NCBI GenBank assembly: GCA_964016885.1
Contig: OZ024763.1
Span: 15,500,001-15,564,000, forward strand
Reading direction: 5' to 3'
Source of the DNA: Eledone cirrhosa
Lineage: Eukaryota
DNA length: 64,000 nt
Position numbers and translations under genes: made by a program. The notes below the pieces were generated by a model. The model had not been told where the DNA came from, did no database searches, and saw only the letters and a list, made by a program, of their open reading frames with translations. This document shows positions 51,455 through 64,000 of this stretch, in pieces. Each line of letters opens with the position of its first letter. Position 1 is the first letter of the stretch.

Positions 51455-53907
51455 ATCATCATCATCATCGTTTAACGTCTATCTTCCACAATAGCATGGG
51501 TTAGACAGGAATTGTCCCATTTGAAGTAAGATTGGTTGGGTGACCGTGTCTTGCTCGTATAGGACTATCTGGTATGTTTTCTACAGTTGGATGCCCTTCC
51601 TAACACCAACCACATTTACAGTGTGGGTCTGGGAGGTTTTTACCGTGTTGCCTACACGGCCACATTACAGCGTGGACTGTGTGTTTTTGTCGTGACACTT
51701 ACACGACCTCATTAATTTGGACTGGATGTTGTGGTGCCAACATAACTTTATAGAGAAAGGGTGGTGTTGGCGGGAGTAGAAGGGTGGAGTGGGGGTAGTG
51801 GGTTTTGATGTATGTTTGGTTTGGAGGGGGTCTACTGACTGTAGGTTAACTTTGCATGTAGGGAACTTGGGTCTTCTGTATTACTGAGTGGCGCCAAAGA
51901 TCTCGATCCAGTGACATTTTCTTAGAAAGGTGCAAGTGTGCAAGGTCGGAATTTATTAAGTCATCCCAGGTTTTTCTGGATCTACCTACTCCATAATTCC
52001 CATCAATTTTGATTGCCCTGCACTTTTTTATACAGCTGCCGTCTTTCATGCGCATCACATGACCATACCAGTGTAATCGTCTCTCAAGTAAACATCATCT
52101 GATCCCTCTTATTCCTAATTTCTCACTTAGTTTGTTTAGCCGTTCGTGTATTACAAATCCAACGGAGCATGCATGCTTTGTTCCTTTCCAGTCAGCGCAG
52201 GTCCTCTGCACACAATGCCCATGTCTCACTACCATGTAACATTGCTGTTCGTATACAAGCATCATACAATCTGCCTTTCATGTTTAGAGAGAAAGCTTTT
52301 GTGGCCAACAGCAGTATAAGCTCTCTGAACTTTTTCCATCCCGTTCTGACTCTGGCTACTGTACTTTCAGAGCACCTTGCACCACTGCTGATTTTGTCAC
52401 CCAGGTAACGGAAAGTGTCCACTATTTCTATAGAACCATCTGGGCAGTAGATGTGGGTACTTGCTGCTACTTATTGCACCTGAGCATCGGCTACATATAA
52501 AATCTATGTTCTTAGGTAGCTTACCTGTGATCCCACTACATCTTTTATGTACCCATAGTTTGCATTTGGGACATAAAATAGAATTTCTACCTAATCCTTT
52601 CTTACACACTGAACATGGCCATTTCCCAGAAAGCACCTGTGCCCTATTTTCCTTTCTACATACTAGTACATTAGTCTTAGACAAGTTAACTTTAAGGCCT
52701 TTTGATTCTAGGCCAAGCTTCCATGTTTGGAATTTCTTCTGTAGTACGGCCATAGATTCAGCTATGAGCGCTAGATCATCTGTGTATAGAAGTTCCCATG
52801 GGCAGCCGGTCTTGAACTCCTCTGTTATAGCCTGAAGGGCAATAATAAACAGGAGGGGGATAAGGACAGAACCTTGATGAACACCAGCTTTTACACTAAA
52901 TTCTTCACTATATTCATTGTTAATTCTAACCTTGCTGACTGTTTCTTTATACTAGTTTTCTAAGGGCTTGCCAGATAATGGAGTGGGGGACTCTGTCAAA
53001 GGCTTTCTCCAAGGCAACAAAAGCTAAGTAGAGGGGTTTACTTTTAGCTAGGTACTTCTCCTGTAGTCGTCGTACAAGAAAAAGAGCGTCTGTGGTACTT
53101 TTACCTGACACAAACCCAAACTGCATTTCATATAGATCAATTCGATCTCTGATTAGTTGCGCTATAACTCTTTCTGTGACCTTCATGACCTGGTCAATTA
53201 ACTTAATGCCTCTATAGTTTCCCCTATCTAGAGCATCTCCCTTACCCTTGTAGCAGTTAATGATGATGCTGCTATGCCAGTCATTTGGTATGACCACATT
53301 CTGTATTACTTGGTTTACTATCCGGGTGACCATAATATGTCCCACCATTCCAAATGCCTTCAACATCTCAGCAACTATCCCTGAAGGCCCAGCTGCCTTG
53401 CCTGTCTTCATATCTTTAATTGCCTTACTTATTTTACTACCATCAACTTGCACCACTGGTCCCTCTATTGGATCGATTTCGGGCAGACTAGCTTTTACCC
53501 ATTTATTCTCCTTATTTAGTAGTCTCTCATAGTGACACTTCCAAGCTACCTTCTTATCAGCATCAGTAAGGGCAAGTACACCGTTATCATTATTGACATA
53601 CTTCTCTCCAACAATATCATGGTTTTCCTTGACACATTGTCTTGCAATCCGGAATATCTCGCGTTTTTGGTCCTCACGTTGTAGAACATGCTTGAACTTT
53701 CTAACCTCTGCTTCCCTTCTTGCAAGGTACACTTGTCTCCTAGCTTCTCTCCTAGCCATTTGATAGTGTTCTCTACTTCCCCCATCCCGCCATACTTTCC
53801 AAGCTTGCTTTTTGACTTTGATTGACTCCTCCACCTTACTGTTCCACCACCAAGTTACTCTCCTCCTGTCTATAGGTCTGCTCCAGCCACAGATTTCATC
53901 TGTCGCC

Positions 53908-53908
<1 letters not shown>
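51455..53908 (-). pseudogene. Largest RTE LINE remnant (pre-RT, RT, PHD, thumb, 3' UTR), frameshifted
   Basis: KAAGPSG, NYRGIKL, QFGFV.GKSTTDA, LEKAFDRV, VHQGS.L.P, YTDD, CSVC..CPKC..HKRC..CSRC. Confidence 0.92.
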
Positions 53909-53938
<30 letters not shown>

Positions 53939-54112
53939 AAGATTTGAGGTGATAAAAACCAGTTAGACCATTATTCACCAGAGTACTTGATACTTGGGGT
54001 AGTAGAGTGGGTAATATGAAAAAATTCAGGACCCCCGACGGCTGAGCTTTGGCTGTTTCAACAGCTAGATCCGAACCCAGTTCGACCGGAGCTCAGCCGT
54101 CGGGATTTTTTC

Positions 54113-54143
<31 letters not shown>

Positions 54144-54298
54144 TGTGGGGAGGACGGGGGCTAGGCAGACAGTTTATAGTTTGGAAGGGTCGTGTTGCCA
54201 ATAAAAATACACACACACTGGTTGAGTTTCATTTCAGTTTTATTAATAGTTACTTAATTAATCCATTCCTTAATTGGTTTAGTAACTGGAGGTTCTAT

Positions 54299-54330
<32 letters not shown>

Positions 54331-54607
54331 GTACACACACACACACATATATATACATATACACACATATATACACACACATACATACACATACACACAC
54401 ATATACATATATACACACATATATACACTCATATACACATACACACACACGCAAATATACACATACACACACATATATATAACACGTTTAACCGATATGT
54501 AACAGGATATATCAATTGAGAAACACCTAGTATTTTGTATATATACGTAGAACAAATAAGATGTAATTATATATAAGAATATCCATCAGATCAGATGTTG
54601 TTTACTC

Positions 54608-54880
54608 GAGAGAAGGCTACGTTGGTATGGTCACGTGATGCACATGAAAGACGACAGCTGTATAAAAAAAGTGCAGGGCAATAAAAATAGACGGTAGCCA
54701 CGGAGTAGGCAGACCCAGAAAAACCTGGGACGACTTGATAAATTCCGACCTCACACACTTACACCTCTCCAAGACAATGTCACTGGACCGAGACCTTTGG
54801 CGCTACACAGTATTAGAGAAGACCTGCCTTACCTAAGTACAAAGTGAAACCTACTACAGTCAGTAGGCACCTCTAACAGA
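54608..54880 (+). pseudogene. RTE LINE C-terminal fragment
   Basis: ERRLRWYGHV...GRPRKTWDDLI. Confidence 0.8.
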
Positions 54881-55548
54881 ATACAGAGTGAAAGCAACGA
54901 TTCTTTGCTTAAACTTTAATCTGTTATTTTAATAAATATATATATATGATGGAGGCACATGGCTTAGTGGTTAGAGCATTGGCCTTGCAATTGAAAGGTT
55001 GTGAGTTCAATTCTCAGACCGGGTGATGTGTTGTTTCCTTGAACAAGACACTTTATTTCACATTGCTCCAGTTTACTCAGCTGTAGAAATGAGATGATAG
55101 GACTGGGGGTCCATATCATTCCACTGCAAAGTGGTCGTGGAGGTGCCACGGCAAAAAAAGCACCCAGCACTCACTGTAAATGAGGTTGGTGTTAGGAAGG
55201 GCATCCAGCTGTAGAAATCAAGCCAGAATCAGTTCCCGTCCCACCTTGCACGCAGGGAAAAGCGGACGTAAAATGAAATGAAATGATATATATATATATG
55301 AAGTTGTAGTTGTCTTGCTCGCATACAACTGTCTGGGTGATTGGTAGTTACCACAATTCCGGTTTGTATTTATTTTCTTGATTTTTTTTTCTTAAATTGA
55401 GACAAGCAAACCCTATTGTCTAAAGTTAGTATTCTTTTCACCTTAGCGAATCTGGTCCCTTACGATTTGAACACATATATCTATATATCTGTGTTCGTTT
55501 TTCTTTTATATTCTATTATAATATATATATATATATATACACATACAT

Positions 55549-55583
<35 letters not shown>

Positions 55584-55589
<6 letters not shown>

Positions 55590-55735
55590 AACAAAAGATG
55601 GTTAAAAGAGTTCCATGTATTTTAACCATCTTTTGTTCTTATATATTATGTATACTCCAGTCCTACAAACTGTAGAGTGCTACTTATCCGATATCTGCAT
55701 TGCTTTATTGTACTACAATAAAACTCACCTCCTAC

Positions 55736-55740
<5 letters not shown>
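55584..55740. mobile_element. Small fold-back insert in (TA)n (arms about 55584-55610 / 55620-55645) plus tail
   Basis: AAGAACAAAAGATGGTTAAAA and TTTTAACCATCTTTTGTTCTT. Confidence 0.7.
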
Positions 55741-55777
<37 letters not shown>

Positions 55778-56077
55778 TGCATATATATATATAAAACCTG
55801 TGTCCATTCTATTCGATAAGCTTCATCTCTTAATTTTTAACTCCCAGGGGACATTATCTATTTTCTGCACATGATGGTTCCAACCAGAATCAGACCAGGA
55901 ATCAGTAATATTATCTTACCCACACAAAGTCGTCTTCCTCGTTGATTAATGTATGTGTACACTATAACTGGTTGGGTCAAATTTTAATAATATGAACTTA
56001 ATTGGATTATTGAGTGAAGAAACTATGTCCATTCTTTTCGATAAGCTTTGTCTTTTAATTATATATATATATATATA

Positions 56078-56660
56078 CAGTTGTCCCGGTATTCATGGGG
56101 GTTACATTGCCAGAGCACCCATGACAAGTGAAAAACCATGAATATTGGATGTGGTTCATAAAAATGCCTATAAACATAAAAAAAAGGATCGATCGACTTT
56201 CGTGAAATCGGACCGAAGAAACAAAGTTTTCACCGGTCTTTCCAGTTGCTAATACTATCTATCGGTCGCAACTCCAGGTAGAAGGAGCAACATGCAATCA
56301 AGTATCTTGCTCAAGGACATAATGCATTGCCCGGTCCAGGAATCGAACTCACAACCTCACGATTGTGAATCCAGTTCTCTAACCACACGTCAAAATAGAA
56401 TGTAAAATATAATTTTAAAAAGAGAGAGCGTCTTATGCGAAGGGACATCCAGTACGGTATATTGTTATTAATAATTTAGCGTTAAAAAGCGTGATAAAAA
56501 ATATATGTTGCCTCAGAAAAAGCCCTTAAAAGTCGCGAAAGATATTTACGATTCTGCAAATATGGGGTGGTTTCCAGGAACAATTATTAGTTAGGTTCTA
56601 AGGAAAATTCTGCAAATAACTGGGACCGTGAATGCTAGAGCTGCGAATGTTGGGGATACA

Positions 56661-56664
<4 letters not shown>
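56078..56664. mobile_element. pogo/Tigger-like MITE with imperfect TIRs and nested repeat/SINE fragments
   Basis: TA-CAGTTGTCCC...GGGGATACACTG-TA termini. Confidence 0.55.
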
Positions 56665-56696
<32 letters not shown>

Positions 56697-56787
56697 TTGA
56701 ATAAAGAACAGGTAAAATAGAGCAGCTTTGTTATCTGAAATCATACCACACCTTTCGCATTGTTGTACCTTTCAAATTACATACCTT

Positions 56788-56833
<46 letters not shown>

Positions 56834-56849
56834 TATAGATAGGTAAATA

Positions 56850-57121
56850 TACACGGGTGTGTATGATTGTGTATAGAAGATTATATTAATAAGAGGAATT
56901 CCAACTTTGTCTGATTTACTCGTTTTAGTTGAAAATTGCAAACTCGACTGTCACCACATATCATGAACCTGAAGATTGCGAAAGCATGAAAGTACTTGTT
57001 CAATTAACACTTAGAATTTAATATTCTATCATACTATTTCATTATAATAGCATTATAAATTTTAAAGGATTGTAAATAAAACGAGTAAATCAGACAAAGT
57101 TGGAATTCCTCTTATTAATAT
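56850..57121. mobile_element. Fold-back insert (perfect arms 56883-56927 / 57077-57121) with hammerhead 56964-57002 (+)
   Basis: TGAAC-CTGAAGA-T TGC GAAA GCA T-GAAA-GTAC-TT-GTTCA. Confidence 0.85.
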
Positions 57122-57196
57122 ATATATAGGGTCGATAAAATAAAGTACCAGTAATGCACTGGGTAATTGCTGGCCTTGTGCCTAAAGTAGAAACAA

Positions 57197-57253
<57 letters not shown>

Positions 57254-57255
<2 letters not shown>

Positions 57256-57810
57256 AAAGTTATATTTAAAATTGTTGGGTTACAACTAGTAAATACTTAT
57301 AACTGATATAATAGCACTCGACAAATATTTGGAGTATATTTACAATATTAAATAAATGGAAACTATATTTATAAAACCATATTTATTTCATTATATATAT
57401 TTCGGGGATATCATATTAACAATATGCTATGCCTTCCTCAGACAAAATATAATATTGTATATATATATATATATATATATACAATATATTAATAAATGGA
57501 AACTATATTTATAAAACCATAATTATTTTATTATATATATTTCAAGGGCGACCAAGGTAAATTATGGTGTGCTTTCCTCAGATAAAATACAGATTTGTTT
57601 TATAAATAAATATTGACATACCCGGAAAAAAGACAACCTCAACGGTTGAAATTCGCCTTTGAAATATGTATAATAAAATAAATATGGTTTTATAAATATA
57701 GTTTCCATTTATTAATATATTGTATATTTACTCCACTTATCTGTTGAGTGCTTTATGTCAGTTATAAAAAGGTTAAGCTTGTTGAATCCCAACAAATTAA
57801 ATATAACCTC

Positions 57811-57812
<2 letters not shown>
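57254..57812. mobile_element. Two adjacent family A inserts (57254-57457; 57482-57812) with hammerheads at 57384-57449 (-) and 57524-57589 (-)
   Basis: CTGAGGA cores and GAAA-TATATA-TA. The second copy is a fold-back with a plus-strand tail. Confidence 0.85.
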
Positions 57813-57869
<57 letters not shown>

Positions 57870-57873
<4 letters not shown>

Positions 57874-58288
57874 TTTCTGAATTTGTTTAGCAAGATTCTT
57901 TATCTGAAAGCGTGTGTTGAAACCGATATTGTTATACTTTGGGAGGGTCATGTTGCCAATAAGAAACACACGCACCAGTTGCTTTCACTCCAATTTATTA
58001 TAAATTAAATTTATAAATTTAAGAATTTATAAATTTCCGGTTGGTTGGTTCCACAACTGGACGGTTGTTCATATATTGTCAAAGTTCTTTCGTCACACAT
58101 TCTGTGACCTCTTCAGTGACCGGGGATTCTTCTCTTTGTTTTGTGCCCCTCCTTTGTTCTGTCCTACACCATCTTGTTTTTGTGTGTGTTTATAAATTCT
58201 TAAATTTATAAATTTAATTTATAATAAATTGGAGTGAAAGCAACTGGTGCGTGTGTTTCTTATTGGCAACATGACCCTCCCAAAGTAT

Positions 58289-58293
<5 letters not shown>
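57870..58293. mobile_element. Family D fold-back (arms 57928-58033 / 58189-58293) with hammerhead 58078-58120 (-); relatives at 40955-41165 and 54172-54296
   Basis: Minus strand reads GTCA-CTGAAGA-G-GTCACA GAATG TGTGAC-GAAA-GAAC-TT-TGAC. Confidence 0.85.
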
Positions 58294-58320
<27 letters not shown>

Positions 58321-59212
58321 CATCATCATCATCGTTTAACGTCTATCTTCCATGCTAGCTTGGTTTAGACAGGTTTGTTCCATTTAGAAGCAAGTTGTGT
58401 TGGGTGACCATGTGTCGCTCAAATAGGACTGTTTCTGAGTGGTGTGCTATGGCTGGATTCCCTTCCTAATGCCAACCACATTTACAGCATGTGCTGGGTG
58501 CTTTTTACCATTTCTTTTACAGAGTCTCTATACAGTGTGGGCTCGATGTTTTGTGGTACCAACATAATATACATACATATATATATACACACACACACAC
58601 ATATGTGGATATGTACTTATATATATATATGTATTTATGCAGGATATTAAAATTGTTGTACCTCTAACAATATTTATGAGTTCCCTCTGCTTAATATATA
58701 TATATCATCATCATCATCATCGTTTAACGTCCATCTTCCACGCTAGCATGGGTTAGACGGGAGTTGTCCCACTTGAGGCAAGGTTGGTCCAGTGACATTG
58801 TCTTGGAGAGGTGCAAGTGTGTAAGGTCGGAATTTATCAGATCGTCCCAGTTTTTTCTGGGTCTACCTACTCCGTAGCTTCCATCAATTTTGATCGCCCT
58901 GCACTTTTTTATACAGCTGTCGTCTTTCATGCGCATCACATGACCATACCAACGTAGTCTCCTCTCAAGTAAACAGTATCTGATCCGTCTTATTCCGAAT
59001 TTCTCACATAGTTCGTTTATGTTTTACCATTCACGTATATTACTATTACACATCCAACGGAGCATGCATGCTTCATTCCTTTCCAGTCTGCGCAGGTCCT
59101 CTGCACACAATGCCCATGTCTCACTGCCATGTAGCATTGCTGTTCGTATACAGGCATCATACAATCTGCCTTTCATTTTTACAGAGAAACATTTTGTGGC
59201 CAACAGCGGTAT
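58321..59212 (-). pseudogene. RTE LINE 3' fragments (58321-58565; 58705-59212)
   Basis: [20 protein letters not shown]; (CAT)n tails. Confidence 0.83.
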
Positions 59213-60370
59213 AAGATATATATAATTATATATAATTATATAATGAGAGAGGGTGGTGGGTTGGCAGTATCGGTAGAGGGTCGGACGCCATGCTTTGACG
59301 CATAGAGTTATGGCCCTTGCCATTCTGAGTTCAAATCCCGCCGAGCTTAACTTTGCCTTTCATCCTTACAGGGTTGATAAAATAAAGTACCAGTAATGCA
59401 CTGGGTAATTGCTGGCCTTGTGTCAAAAGTAGAAGCAATTATATAATGAGAGGGAGATATGGGAATATATATATGTATATATATATATATATTCCCATAT
59501 CTCTCTCTCTCTCTCTCTCTCTCACATACATATATATATATATATATATATAAACATGCACACACACACATCATCATCGTTTAACGTCCATCTTCCACGC
59601 TTGCATGGAAGATGGACACACACATATATATATATATCTGTGTGTGTTTATATATATATATATATGTATGTGTGCCTGTTCTAACATTCTTGAGATACTC
59701 TTCAGTCTTGTGACCGGCTAAAATTGGAATAAAAGGAGTTGATCATCAGATCACACCAAGGAAACATTGTTTCCATTAGTTTTTTCATTTCTGATATTGT
59801 CTGTGGATCACAACATCTGGCAGAAGAAAGGAGTTGATCACCAGATCAGATCAAGAAAAAAATGTTTCTAATGGTCTTTCCATTACTAATACTATCTGTT
59901 GGTCACAACTCCCAGCAAAAGAAAGGAGTTGATCATCAGATCACCCTAAGGAAACATTGTTTCCATTCGTTTTTCCATTTGTGATATTGTCTGTCTGTCA
60001 CAACATCTGGTAAAAGAAAGGAGTTGATCATCAGATCAGACCAAGGAAACATTGTTTCCATTAGTTTTTTCTATTTCTGATACAGTCTGTCTGTCACAAC
60101 TCCTGGCAGAAAGCAATGGGATTTAAACTCAGAACATACAGTGAGCCACACCAGATATGACAAATCCATCCATTGGAAATAGTATCCCCTCCAATAATCC
60201 ATCCCATCATCCCTGGGGTGGTATGATATTTATTGACCTCAAAAGGTTGAAATGAAAAGTTTGAACTCAAGTCCTGTCCTTTCCTGTCCTGTTCTGTCCA
60301 CTTTGTTTGACCAATCACATTGTGCTCTACATCTCATCTATAATTCACTTCCTTAGATTACATTACCAAC

Positions 60371-60516
60371 ATGTGTGTGTTTGTGTGTGAGTGTGGGTCT
60401 CTTGGTCTTGTGTGTGTGTGTCTCTCTCTCTGTGAGTGTATGTGTCTCTGTGGGTCTCTTGGTCTTGTGTGTGTGAGTGTGTGGGTCTCTGTGGATTTCT
60501 TGGTCTTGTGTGTGAG

Positions 60517-60557
<41 letters not shown>

Positions 60558-61615
60558 GTGTGTATGTGAGTGTGTGTGTATGTCTCTCTATGTGTCTGTG
60601 TGTGTTTGTGTGTGTGTGTTTAGGTGTGTGTGAGTGAGTCTGTGGATCTCTTGGTCTTGGAAGTGTGTGTCTCTCGCTGTGTGCCTCTGTGTGTATCTGT
60701 GTGCCGCCTGTGTGTGTATGTGCTGTTGTCTACTGCCATCTCATCCTCTAAAATTACTTCTCTTCCCCCACCACCCCAACAACACTGCAGGGGAGGGGGG
60801 ATATTTTTCTTCATCTGTTGTTTTTTTATTATCATTATCAGCGCCACAACCGTCACATGACCTCACCACTACTACTACTACCACCAGCTCCATCTCACCA
60901 CTACTACTACCACCACCACCATCACACACCACCACCACTACCACCATCACACCACCACCACTACCACCATCACACCCAAAAACCAACACCACCACACTAC
61001 CCCAAAACCACCATCACACCACCACCACACCACCACCACACCACCACCACCATCTCAGCACCACCCCCACCATCTCAGCACCACCCCATCATCTCACCAC
61101 CACTACTACCATCACTACACCACCACCACCACCACCACCACCACCATCACACCCCAAAACCACCACCACCATCACACCACCACACTAACACCACCATCAC
61201 ACCACCACCACACCACCACCACCATCTCAGCACCACCGCACCATCTCACCACCACCACCACCTCTACTACCATCACTACCCTACCACCACCACCACCACC
61301 ATCCCCATATCTCCGAAACATTTTATGGAAATATCATCCAGTGATGAGAATGTTTTGAGATGATCTGAGTCTTGGGGGAAATAACTGATAGCATCTATCT
61401 CTGTCACTCTGTCTGTCTGTCTGTGAGTCTGTCTGTCTGTCTGTCTGTCTATCTCTGTCAGTCAGTCTGTCTGTCTGCTTGTCTGTCTGTCTGTATGTCT
61501 GTATGTCTGTCTATCTCTGTCTGTATGTCTCTCAGTCTGTCTGTCTATCTCTCTCTCTGTCAGTCAGTCTGTCTATCTATCTCTGTCTGTCTGTATGTAT
61601 GTCTGACTGTCTGTT
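60371..61615. repeat. (GT/CT)n, (CAC)n and (TCTG)n low-complexity tracts
   Basis: Direct reading of the sequence. Confidence 0.88.
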
Positions 61616-61950
61616 TGCCAACTCGAAGTATAGATATACAGGAGTAACATCAATGAGCTTCAAAGACAGTTGGTATAACCACCGCCACTCTTTTAACAGG
61701 ATCAATAAACGGAAGAGAATGGCCCTTTCTGAACTGATGTTGAAGCTTAAGTTGGACAAGACCCCATACTCTTTGGTCTGGTCCAAGGTTAGGGAGGTAC
61801 CCCCAGACAAAGGTGGGTCAGGCAATTGCAGCCTCTGTCTGAGTGAGACCCTCGAGATACTCAAGGGTGAGGGGAATACAGGTAATCAATTGAAGGGCCA
61901 ATTTCTTTGATGCTTGTCAACACCTAAGGACAGGAACTTTCCTCACGCTA
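61616..61950 (+). pseudogene. Decayed GIY-YIG endonuclease C-terminus of a Penelope-like element (Naiad-like)
   Basis: YTGVTSMSFKDSWYNHRHSF...LSE...Y.LVW...CSLCLSE...N...CQH (the last motif follows a frameshift). Confidence 0.68.
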
Positions 61951-62363
61951 TATGGTTAGTAACCCTGCCTCCTGGAGTTCCAGATGGGCCATCCCTAACT
62001 ACTGTTTCTATCTCATGTTGTCTCTATTAATCTCTAAACAAATCTTAGGGTCACTTAATCTTAACATTGTGGTAGGACTCACGCCTCACTACTTTTTTCT
62101 TTGGATATCCCCTATTTCCTCAATTCCTCCTTGTGAATATAATTCTTATTTGTTTCTTAGTATATTCTATATCTCTGTACCACTATCAATTTTGTGAGAC
62201 ATATAAGAATTATATTCACACTAGCATGGGTTAGACAACCCACCTAACACATGCTAGCGTGGAAGAATGTACATAAAATGGTGATGATTATGATGATGAT
62301 GATATATATCAAGTATATATATATATTTGCATTTCTTATTCCATAATGCTTCAAGCAAACTAC

Positions 62364-62433
<70 letters not shown>

Positions 62434-62879
62434 CATATGGTTTATGTGTGTGTATATATATATACAATATATATATTGTGTATATATATAAATTTCTGTG
62501 TTGGTTTTGGTATTTTGATTCTATAATTTGTCCTTCTGCCCTTGACATCTTCATATAAGATAGAAAGGGAATAAAACTCTGCTAGTTTCTATTGAAGTCT
62601 TATTAGTTTCACGCTGTTAATATAATCTGGTTATTTTTCTTTTAAAAAAGTTTACATCATGCAAAAATAGCTTTATCTTTACATTTCTGCTAAATTTCTC
62701 GTTTATCCAGTTTCCTTTCGTCACTTTTTTTTTTATTAATCATGCATCACATTATTATATATATATATATTTATATACATATATATATTTATATATATAT
62801 ATATTTACATATTGTATATATATATATATATATGTGTGTATATATATATATTGTATATAATTAGACTTAGTTAATATAT

Positions 62880-62922
<43 letters not shown>

Positions 62923-63002
62923 TGTGTATGTATATATATATATATACATATATATATAAATACATATTGTATGTATATATATATATATGGTATACATATG
63001 TA

Positions 63003-63710
63003 TCATCATCATCATCATCATCATTTTACGTCCGCTTTTCCCTGCTTGCAAGGGTGGGATGGGTCTTATTCAGCACAGCATCTCTCCACTTGTCACGGTC
63101 CTTCGTCATCTCCACGTGAGCTTCAGCGATCTGAAGTCTGTTCTCACCACCTCCGCCCATGTTTTTCGTGGTCTACCTCTACCACGTCTTCAACTGGCAT
63201 TTCCTCGCACTTCTTAACCCATCGGTCATCCTCCATGCGCATCACATGTCCATACCACCTCAGTCTCCTCTCCCGTACACTACATTCTATCCCTCTCAAA
63301 CAGTTTCTCTCAACAACACATCTACGGTGGGTCGTTTACGTACATTTACATTGCACATCCAACGGAGCATGCTTGCCTCATTTCTCTCCAGCCGTCGCAT
63401 ATCCTCTGCAGTTGCTGCCCATGTCTCACTACCATGCGGCATCGCGCTCCTCACACAGGCATCATATAACCGGCCTTTCGTACTCAGGGAGAAACCCTTC
63501 TTCGTCAGCAGAGGAAGCAGCTCCCTAAACTTCTTCCAACCCGTCCTTATTCTAGATACTATGGCCTCGGAACACCCCCCTCCCATGCTAATCTGATCTC
63601 CTAGGTACCGGAAGCTATCCACTACTTGTATAGCACCCGCCTGCATTTGAAAAATGTGTCTATCAATACAACTTCTACTGTCTAATTTCCCTGTACATCT
63701 ACTGCATACG
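63003..63710 (-). pseudogene. 5'-truncated RTE LINE with (CAT)n tail
   Basis: ORF 63296-63796 contains [34 protein letters not shown]. Confidence 0.87.
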
Positions 63711-64000
63711 TATGTATATATATGGTATACAGTACATATGTATATATATATATATATATGGTATATATATTGTATGTATATATATGTGGTATACATATTG
63801 TATGTATATATATGTGGTATACATATTGTATGTATATATATGTGGTATACATATTGTATGTATATATATATGGTATATATATTGTATGTATATATATATA
63901 TATGGTATATATATTGTATGTATATATATATATATGGTATATATATTGTATGTATATATATATATATGGTATATATATTGTATGTATATATATATAATAT

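Noticed and set aside
54950-55025. tRNA gene
   Set aside because: A and B boxes are present, but the sequence continues into SINE core and tail and has no intact acceptor stem.

Overview
This is animal genomic DNA dominated by repeats. The SINE and LINE families and the (TA)n/(CAT)n microsatellite load look like an octopod cephalopod, which is an inference. No host protein-coding gene can be identified with confidence. Two systems stand out. (1) At 226-8388, four head-to-tail Tx1/L1-clade non-LTR retrotransposon copies sit in one (GATA)n microsatellite. One is full length with open ORF1 (CCHC) and ORF2 (APE-RT-zinc finger). All share a conserved 3' UTR stem-loop, which suggests a (GATA)n-targeting family. 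(2) From about 12.4 kb to 58.3 kb, many short non-coding inserts lie inside (TA)n tracts. They share a tail + inverted-repeat (fold-back) layout, and many carry type I hammerhead ribozyme motifs (CUGANGA...GAAA...UH), often with the palindromic minimal stem III seen in Penelope-like elements (PLEs). One 485-nt hammerhead unit has terminal direct repeats, like a retrozyme. Decayed PLE RT N-terminal and GIY-YIG fragments are also present. The rest is decayed RTE LINEs (with a PHD finger after the RT core), two tRNA-derived SINE families, MITEs, minisatellites (several derived from transposon fragments) and long simple repeats. Most of the listed ORFs are microsatellite artefacts. All RNA structures were folded by eye.
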